A stretch of DNA of 64,000 bases from Acidobacteriota bacterium (lineage in GTDB: Bacteria > Acidobacteriota > Polarisedimenticolia > JACPZX01): the NCBI GenBank assembly GCA_016195325.1, contig JACPZX010000030.1, positions 103,043 through 167,042 of the forward strand. The letters run 5' to 3'. Both the position numbers and the translations under genes were made by a program. Shown here piece by piece: positions 57,051-64,000 of the stretch. The notes beneath the pieces were generated by a model that did not search any database, was not told the DNA's origin, and saw only the letters and a list, made by a program, of their open reading frames with translations. How positions within the stretch are numbered: position 1 is the first letter of the stretch; each line of letters starts with the position of its first letter.

Positions 57051-59200
57051 CAGACGCTCCAGTCGAATGAAGGCGCCGCGTCGAAGGAGATCTCCCCTTC
57101 GCGGGGGAGCCTCTCACCGGGGCCCGCCGCGGCCAGGAGCGAGACGGAGAAGGCGACGCGATCCCCGTCCCGGGCCGGAACGGCTGCGAGCGGGACGTCG
57201 ATCTCGACGATCGTGTCGAGCGCGCAGGCCACGCCCGCGACGTCGGCCGAAGGCTCGCCCCCCGCACCCCGCCGGATCGCGACCCTCAGGCTCGCGGGGC
57301 TCGTGATCGCCACGACGATCGCCGCGTCGTCGAGCAGCGCCGCCGCGGTGGGACCGGACGGATCCACGCGGATGAAGAGATGCCCCGGGCTCCAGCCGAA
57401 GGCCACGCGCTCGATTCTCACGGCGCCCGGGCTCATCGAGCCGAGCCCCGAGGCGCGGTCGCACACCCCCGCGAGGAGCCACTCGAAGTAATCGCTTCGC
57501 CGCCCGTCGAGGGTGACCCTCACCGCGCCGCTCGGCGGCTCGAAGGGGGCGCGCCTCCGCCCCATGATCGGCTCGCCGAGCGCCGGAGGGGAAGCCTCTC
57601 CGAGAAGGCGCCACGTCTCCGCGAGCAGGCTCCGGAACGTCGCGTCGAAGATCGAGTCCTCCTCCGAGGAATGCTCGTCGCCATACCACCAGAACCAGTC
57701 GCTTCCCTCGGCCGCCTGCAGGCACTTCCACGCCATGTCGCGATCGGCGCCGTCGATCGAGGGCGCTCTCCGCTCGAAGGCGTCGCGCGCGTCGCGCAGG
57801 AGATCCCACCCACGGTTCTTCTCGGGGTGGCCGATCCACGTCGTGAAGTCCGAGCGGATCCACGAGCCGGCGCGCAGCCGCTCGAGTCGCCGCGGCGCCG
57901 GTGAGGCCTCGAGGTAGCGCGAGAACGACGTCGTCGCCAGCCCCGCAGTGCTCGTGAGCGCACGATACAGCGCCGAGAGGAAGGGAACGCCGTTCTCCGC
58001 GTAGTGCTCCCAGGCGTTCTCACCGTCGAGGATGATGGGAACGACCGCGTCCTCCGCTCCCGATCCGAGGTGGTCGCGAATCCGCTGCAGGCGCCCGACG
58101 AGGTCCGCGGCCGCGTCCTCCCCCCGCCACGACGAGTACGTGAACCCGACGAGATCGGAGATCTCGCGATCCCGGAAGAAGAGCGCCGGCGGGGAGTCCC
58201 TGAGCCTCCACGCCGCGGAGAGATCCGACGTCGTCGGACGGGGGCGCCATCCGCCGCCGGAGAGGGCGAGAGCCGCCGCGAGGATCCCCTCGTCGCTCGC
58301 CGCCCAGGAGACGCCGTTCGCGCCGAGGATGTCGATCGTCTCCTCGCTCAGCGATCCCTCCGAGGGCCAGACCCCCCTCGGGCGCACGCCGAAGACCGCC
58401 TCGTGGCGGCTCACCGCGGATCGGATCTGCTCGGCGGCGTCCGCCGGGCGCCGGAACGGCGGCCTCGGCACGAAGAGCGCCGGCGCCGCCTCGAGGGCGC
58501 TCTCGGAATCGCACAGCAGGGGGAGGATCGGGTGATAGTAGGGGGAGGTGCTGAACTCGAGGGCGCCCCCGCGCGCGATCTCCCGGAGCGCGGGGAGAAC
58601 TCCCCCCAGGAACTCGTGCTGCGTCGCGAGGAGCGCCGCCTTGTCGTCCTCGGTGAACCCCTCCCCCTTGGCGAGGAGCCCGCGCACGACCTCGTGACGC
58701 TTCAGCGTCTCCCCCGACCACGCGAGGTGGAACCAGACGATCAGGTCGCGGAAGTCGTGCGGCTTGAACCGGCGCGCGGCGTCCCGGTACGTGCCGTCGG
58801 ACCCCCGCCCGCCCCGCTTGTGGAAGAGGTTCACGTAACGGGGGAAGGGGGCGATGAGGGTCCTGTAGGGGACCGAGAAGAAGAGGCCCAGGATCGCGAG
58901 ATGCTCCTCCTCCGTCAGCGCGCCGGCGTCCCGCGAGGCGAGCTCGAGCGCCGGGTCAGCCGTCCGGCCGTTCGCGAGATCGTCGAGCTGATCGACGAGG
59001 GAGGGGACGAGATTGAATGTCAGCTCGAGCCCCGGGTGCGCCACGGCCAGCGCCGCCATGTCGTGGTAGTCCTTGAGCGCGTGGAGCCGGACCCACGGGA
59101 GGGACGCGGTCGCGCGGATGGGGTTCACATAAAGAGGTTGGTGAAAGTGCCAGAGGATGGCGACGCGAAGCGTGGGTGACGCGATGGGGGCCTCCGGCAC
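57050..59200 (-). CDS. Second GH57-family glycoside hydrolase (branching-enzyme / amylopullulanase-like).
   Basis: WHFHQPLY, RLHALKDYHDMAAL, LVPSLVDQLDD, TSPYYHPILPLL, GVWPSEGSLSEE. 1-nt overlap with the downstream GH57 gene. Confidence 0.8.
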   Translation of the reverse strand: MPEAPIASPTLRVAILWHFHQPLYVNPIRATASLPWVRLHALKDYHDMAALAVAHPGLELTFNLVPSLVDQLDDLANGRTADPALELASRDAGALTEEEHLAILGLFFSVPYRTLIAPFPRYVNLFHKRGGRGSDGTYRDAARRFKPHDFRDLIVWFHLAWSGETLKRHEVVRGLLAKGEGFTEDDKAALLATQHEFLGGVLPALREIARGGALEFSTSPYYHPILPLLCDSESALEAAPALFVPRPPFRRPADAAEQIRSAVSRHEAVFGVRPRGVWPSEGSLSEETIDILGANGVSWAASDEGILAAALALSGGGWRPRPTTSDLSAAWRLRDSPPALFFRDREISDLVGFTYSSWRGEDAAADLVGRLQRIRDHLGSGAEDAVVPIILDGENAWEHYAENGVPFLSALYRALTSTAGLATTSFSRYLEASPAPRRLERLRAGSWIRSDFTTWIGHPEKNRGWDLLRDARDAFERRAPSIDGADRDMAWKCLQAAEGSDWFWWYGDEHSSEEDSIFDATFRSLLAETWRLLGEASPPALGEPIMGRRRAPFEPPSGAVRVTLDGRRSDYFEWLLAGVCDRASGLGSMSPGAVRIERVAFGWSPGHLFIRVDPSGPTAAALLDDAAIVVAITSPASLRVAIRRGAGGEPSADVAGVACALDTIVEIDVPLAAVPARDGDRVAFSVSLLAAAGPGERLPREGEISFDAAPSFDWSV

Positions 59201-59269
59201 GGGGGTGGGATGGGACGGCGGCGATTATAGGAACCCCCCGCCGGAAGCGTCAACGCGCGCCGCGCCCGT

Positions 59270-59451
59270 GTGGTGGTCGACATTGGGGCGTGGGGGCGTG
59301 TGGGACGAGCCCGGGTACCCGCGCGGGCGTCGGCGCCACCCGTCATCAAACAAGACGGCGCCGCCCGCGTGGGTGGGCGAGCGAACCCGAGGCCGAGCGC
59401 GATTACTTCCCGCGCGGAGGCCGACCCCCACGCCCCAATGTCGACCACCAC
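59270..59451. repeat. Intergenic palindromic element: 27-bp perfect inverted repeats (GTGGTGGTCGACATTGGGGCGTGGGGG) separated by 128 bp, with a nested imperfect hairpin at about 59317..59374.
   Basis: Left arm 59270..59296 equals the reverse complement of 59425..59451. The inner region ACCCGCGCGGGCGTCGGCGCC...GGCGCCGCCCGCGTGGGT is itself palindromic. No ORF and no T-tract. It lies in the divergent region between the GH57 gene and the GspE-like gene. The mirrored track ORFs starting MVVDIGAWG are artefacts of it. Confidence 0.7.
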
Positions 59452-59577
59452 CCCCAGCCCTCAAGCGGGGCGGAAATCGGCCGATTCACTCAAAGACGGA
59501 AGGACGGAGCCCCGCCCGCCGTGCGCTCGACGGCACGGCACGCGCCTTGGGAAACCGCCCCGCCTGGGAGCGAGATC

Positions 59578-61461
59578 ATGAGCGGCGTGAGCGTTTCGGT
59601 CGGCCGGGCCGCCGGTGCCACGTTACAGAAGGTGCTGGAGGAGAAGGGCCTCGTCACCGCCGAGGAGCTGCAGCGGGCCCGCCGCGTCTGGGATCGACTG
59701 GAGCAGAAGGGGCCGTTCGGCGCGCATCTCGTGGCCCTGGGCCTCGTCACCCGCGAGCAGCTCGAGGCGGCGCAGTCGGCGATCCGGGAGTCGCTCTCCC
59801 CCGCGGAGATCCTCGTCGAGATGGGGCGCCTCACCCCCGAGGCCCTCGCCCGCGCGGACGCGGCCGCGCACCGCGCCGGCGCTCCCGTCGAGTCTGAGCT
59901 CGTCGCCTCCGGGGCGACGACCGAGGAGTCGCTGCTCGAGGCGCGCGCCGCCAAGCACGGCCTCGAGGTGATCGCGCTCGAGCCGGAGATGATCGACCTG
60001 GGCCCTTACCGCCGGGTTCCGGCCTCCACGTGGCGCCGGCTCCAGGTCCTCCCGATCGCGCTCCCGAGCGGAAGCTGCGGCCTCGCGATGCCCCGGGTCG
60101 ACGCCGACGCCATCCTCGAGATCCGCGACGCCGTGGGAAGGAATCCGGTCACGAGGCTCTGCAGCGCGACGGCGATGAGCGCGACGCTCAAGGCGCTCGA
60201 GACGCCGCCCCGGCCGCCGGCGGGCGCCCCCCCTGCCGTCGAGGCGCCGCGCGACGGCAGCACCGCCGAGATCGTCGATCGCCTCATCCGCACGGCGCGG
60301 CGCGAGCGCGCGAGCGACATCCACATCGAGCCCGGCGAGACGAAGTCCCGCGTGAGGCTCCGGATCGACGGGCGGCTCGTGCCGATCGCCGAGCTCGGCG
60401 CCGAGCAGGGACGCGCCGTGACGGAGCGGCTCAAGATCCTCGCCGGGTGCGATTTCACCGATCGCACGCGCCACCAGTGCGGCCGCTTCTCCGTGGGCGT
60501 CGACAACGAGAGCGTCGACGTCACCGTCTCGACCTTCGTCTCGGGGCACGGAGAGGATCTCGTCCTCCGGATCCTGGCCCGGAAGGTGGGGCTGGTCGGG
60601 CTCGAGCGGCTCGGCCTCTCGCCGATCATGCTCCGCGAGCTCGTCGACCAGGGGCTGTCGAGCCCCGAGGGGCTCTTCCTCGTGACCGGGCCGAGGGGGA
60701 GCGGGCGCACGACGACGCTCTTCAACGCCATCGACTACTGCAACGACGTCTCGCTCAAGATCATCTCCGCCGAGGATCCGGCCGAGTTCTCCCTCCAGGG
60801 AATGATCCAGTGGTCCCGCCGCCCGGCCGGCGGCCCCACGGTCGCCGAATCGATCCGCGCCAGCCTCAACCAGGATCCGGACGTGGTCGTCATCGGCGAG
60901 ATCCTCGACGCGGAGACGGCGGCGCTCGCCGTCGAAGCGGCGCTCCGCGGCCACCGCGTGTTCGCCACCTTCCGGACGGAGAGCGCCGCGGGGGCCGTCG
61001 TGCGCCTCCTCGACATGGGGATGGAGCCGTTCCTCGTCGGCTCGACCGCCCGCGCCGTGCTCGCGCAGAGGCTGGTGCGGCGCATCTGCCCCGAGTGCGC
61101 GGAGGAGGCGTCCCCGCCCGCCTCGGAGCTGCGCCTCCTGGGAATCTCCCCGCGCGACGCGGCCGCCTACCCGCTGCGGCAGGGACGCGGATGCCCCGGG
61201 TGCCACATGACCGGCTACCGCGGGCGGATGGGCGTCTTCGAGCTGGTCGTGGTCGGCGACGCCCTCCGCGACGCGATCCTCGAGCGCGCGCCGCTCCGGG
61301 AGATCGAGCGCCTCTGCCTCGACGTTCCCGGATACCTCACGTTGACCGAGGACGCGGTGATCAAGGCGCTCCAGGGCCTGACCACGCTGTCGGAAGTGAT
61401 CCACCGCACCCCGCGCGCCCACATCCGGCCCGCGCGCCAGCTCATGGAGAGAGCCTCGTGA
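59578..61461 (+). CDS. GspE/PilB-family (type II secretion / type IV pilus) ATPase-like protein with N-terminal GSPII_E_N (MshEN-like) domains. Catalytic residues are degenerate, so it is probably a pseudo-ATPase.
   Basis: Start trimmed to ATG 59578 (MSGVSVSVG...). Walker A reads GPRGSGRTTT (canonical GPTGSGKTTT, Lys to Arg). Asp box and Walker B (DPDVVVIGEILD) are present. The His box reads TFRTES (canonical TLHTN, His to Arg). The tetracysteine motif is intact (CPEC...CPGC). The N-terminus has motifs like LVALGLVTREQLEAAQ. Confidence 0.8.
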   Translation: MSGVSVSVGRAAGATLQKVLEEKGLVTAEELQRARRVWDRLEQKGPFGAHLVALGLVTREQLEAAQSAIRESLSPAEILVEMGRLTPEALARADAAAHRAGAPVESELVASGATTEESLLEARAAKHGLEVIALEPEMIDLGPYRRVPASTWRRLQVLPIALPSGSCGLAMPRVDADAILEIRDAVGRNPVTRLCSATAMSATLKALETPPRPPAGAPPAVEAPRDGSTAEIVDRLIRTARRERASDIHIEPGETKSRVRLRIDGRLVPIAELGAEQGRAVTERLKILAGCDFTDRTRHQCGRFSVGVDNESVDVTVSTFVSGHGEDLVLRILARKVGLVGLERLGLSPIMLRELVDQGLSSPEGLFLVTGPRGSGRTTTLFNAIDYCNDVSLKIISAEDPAEFSLQGMIQWSRRPAGGPTVAESIRASLNQDPDVVVIGEILDAETAALAVEAALRGHRVFATFRTESAAGAVVRLLDMGMEPFLVGSTARAVLAQRLVRRICPECAEEASPPASELRLLGISPRDAAAYPLRQGRGCPGCHMTGYRGRMGVFELVVVGDALRDAILERAPLREIERLCLDVPGYLTLTEDAVIKALQGLTTLSEVIHRTPRAHIRPARQLMERAS

Positions 61462-62309
61462 ATGCCGTGACCGCCGAGACGTCGGTGCTCGAGAGCGTCC
61501 TCAAGCACGTCCGCGAGGGGGGCCCCGGCATCCCCTCGGTCCCCGCGGCGGCCGCCCGCATCCGACAGATGGCCGGCAGCGATCAGGCGGGCGCGCGCGA
61601 GCTGGGAGGCGCGGTCGGCCAGGATCCGATCCTCGCGGCCTCGCTCCTGAGGTACGCGAACTCGGCGATGTACCGGGGGCTGAGGCCCGTCACCGATCTG
61701 CACACGGCCGTCGCCCGCCTCGGGATCAAGATGGTCATGGCGGCGATGATGGCCGAGCTGAGCCGATCGCTCTACCGGTTCCAGGATCCCGAGGACAGCG
61801 AGCTCTTCATGACGCTCTGGCGGCACGCGGTCGCGTGCGGCGAGACGTCGCGACGCGTGGCGAGGCTCGTCCGGTATCCCGAGCCGGAGCAGGCGTTCAT
61901 GGTCGGGCTGGTCCACGACATCGGCAAGGTGGCGTCGCTCGCGAGCCTCGCGCACCTGAAGTCGCGGGGCGACATCCAGTGGCCGCGGGCCGTCGCGATG
62001 GAGTTCATCCGCGAGACGCACGCGACCGTCGGCTCGGAGCTGCTGAGACGCTGGAAGATCCCCGCCGAGCTCTGCGAGATGGTCCTCCATCATCATCGCG
62101 AGCTCACCGCGTCGTCGGGGGTCGCCCCCGCGATCCTCCAGTTCGCCGATCTCGCGTGCGGCAAGCTCGGTTACGCCCAGGACCCGACCCCCGAGGCGTC
62201 GCTCCTCGCCGAGCCCTCGGCCCACATCCTCGGCCTGAACGACCTGACCATCGCCTCGCTCCTCGTCGATCTGGAGGAGGCGCTCCCCGCCGTCACCCGG
62301 GAGATCTGA
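61458..62309 (+). CDS. HDOD-domain signalling protein.
   Basis: GTG start overlapping the upstream stop as GTGA. HD-related output domain features (LVHDIGKV..., HH HRELTAS). Confidence 0.65.
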   Translation: MNAVTAETSVLESVLKHVREGGPGIPSVPAAAARIRQMAGSDQAGARELGGAVGQDPILAASLLRYANSAMYRGLRPVTDLHTAVARLGIKMVMAAMMAELSRSLYRFQDPEDSELFMTLWRHAVACGETSRRVARLVRYPEPEQAFMVGLVHDIGKVASLASLAHLKSRGDIQWPRAVAMEFIRETHATVGSELLRRWKIPAELCEMVLHHHRELTASSGVAPAILQFADLACGKLGYAQDPTPEASLLAEPSAHILGLNDLTIASLLVDLEEALPAVTREI

Positions 62310-62340
62310 CGCCGGCCTGCGGGCCGCCAATTCAACGGAG

Positions 62341-62825
62341 ATGCCGAACGTGAAGACGAGACGCTCGAAGCTGAATGGACTCCTCGCGTGGCCGCTCGCG
62401 GCCGCGCTGATCGCTCTCCCATTCCTGGCCTGCGGCAAGAAGGAGGCGGAAGGGGGCGCCGAAGGCGGAACCGTGGAAAAGGCCGGGGCCGGCGAAGGAG
62501 GGGGCGAGAGCGCCGGCAAGCCCGGCTCGCTCCTCAACCTCGAGCCCTTCGTCGTCAACCTCGCCGATCCGGGCGGCGGCCGCTACGTCAAGTGCACGTT
62601 CAAGCTCGAGGTGTCGGACAGGCCCGCGCTGGAGGCGATGCAGGCGGACGAGGTCGGGATCCCGAAAATCCGCGATCGGATCCTCGCGCTCCTGTCGAGC
62701 CGGACCGCCGAATCGCTGATGACCTCGCAGGGGAAGGATCTTCTCAAGCGCGAGGTGCAGGCCCGGGTGAACCCGCTCCTGAAGAAGGGAAAGATCCAGG
62801 AGGTCTACATCACGGAGTTCCTGGT

Positions 62826-62832
<7 letters not shown>
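62341..62832 (+). CDS. FliL-family protein (lipoprotein-type signal).
   Basis: Lipobox LACG, then the conserved FliL core LNLEPFVVNLADPGGGRYVKCTFKLEV...ILALLSSRTAESL...IQEVYITEFLVQ. No other flagellar genes in the window. Confidence 0.6.

Positions 62833-64000
<1,168 letters not shown>

Noticed and set aside
59270-59451. Possibility that the inverted-repeat element is a CRISPR array or an intrinsic terminator
   Set aside because: Only two inverted (not direct) copies, with no repeat-spacer periodicity. No U-tract follows either hairpin on either strand.
59125-59581. Two mirrored short ORFs (59125..59451 minus, 59270..59581 plus) both beginning MVVDIGAWG
   Set aside because: They are translations of the two arms of the 27-bp inverted repeat; the symmetry is a DNA-level palindrome, not coding.

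Overview
High-GC (about 70%) bacterial chromosomal window, densely coding, with about 55 protein genes and two tRNAs. No rRNA, CRISPR array, IS element or transposase was found. The phylum cannot be assigned from the sequence alone. Contents from left to right are listed below. (1) The edge of a bacterial microcompartment (BMC) locus: a partial BMC-H shell gene plus a class II aldolase with a C-terminal encapsulation-peptide-like tail. (2) An ABC exporter followed by a striking secreted-peptidase neighbourhood: an M1-M28-PDZ fusion, an M1-like peptidase with TPR repeats, another M1 further on, and an M14 carboxypeptidase. (3) A bifunctional homocysteine methyltransferase/MTHFR (yitJ-like). (4) A Dam-type N6-adenine methyltransferase immediately followed by a small PD-(D/E)XK protein. 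(5) An ArsC/Spx/YffB-family gene interrupted by an in-frame TGA exactly at the redox-active position, a selenoprotein candidate. (6) A dihaem cytochrome c paired with a PQQ-type sugar dehydrogenase. (7) A zinc-ribbon/TPR Ser/Thr kinase next to a low-GC secreted ORF. (8) ptsN, a zinc-ribbon protein and HU. (9) A MacA/LolD/FtsX-type efflux system. (10) An envelope-associated cluster (TPM, nucleotidyltransferase-fold, LemA, DUF948/YtxH-like). (11) A hybrid histidine kinase with an HTH-REC response regulator and an AT-rich divergent promoter island. (12) A ferredoxin/FNR pair. (13) tRNA-Arg(ACG) next to tadA, and tRNA-Ser(CGA). (14) rho and rpoD. (15) A glycogen cluster (glycerate kinase, glgC, glgA, galT, two GH57 enzymes) with an embedded two-component system. 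(16) A 27-bp perfect inverted repeat with a nested palindrome in a divergent intergenic region. (17) A GspE/PilB-like protein whose Walker A lysine and His-box histidine are both replaced, followed by an HDOD protein, a FliL-like lipoprotein and a sigma-54 activator. Several genes appear to use non-ATG starts (GTG, TTG, possibly CTG) with 4-nt start/stop overlaps.
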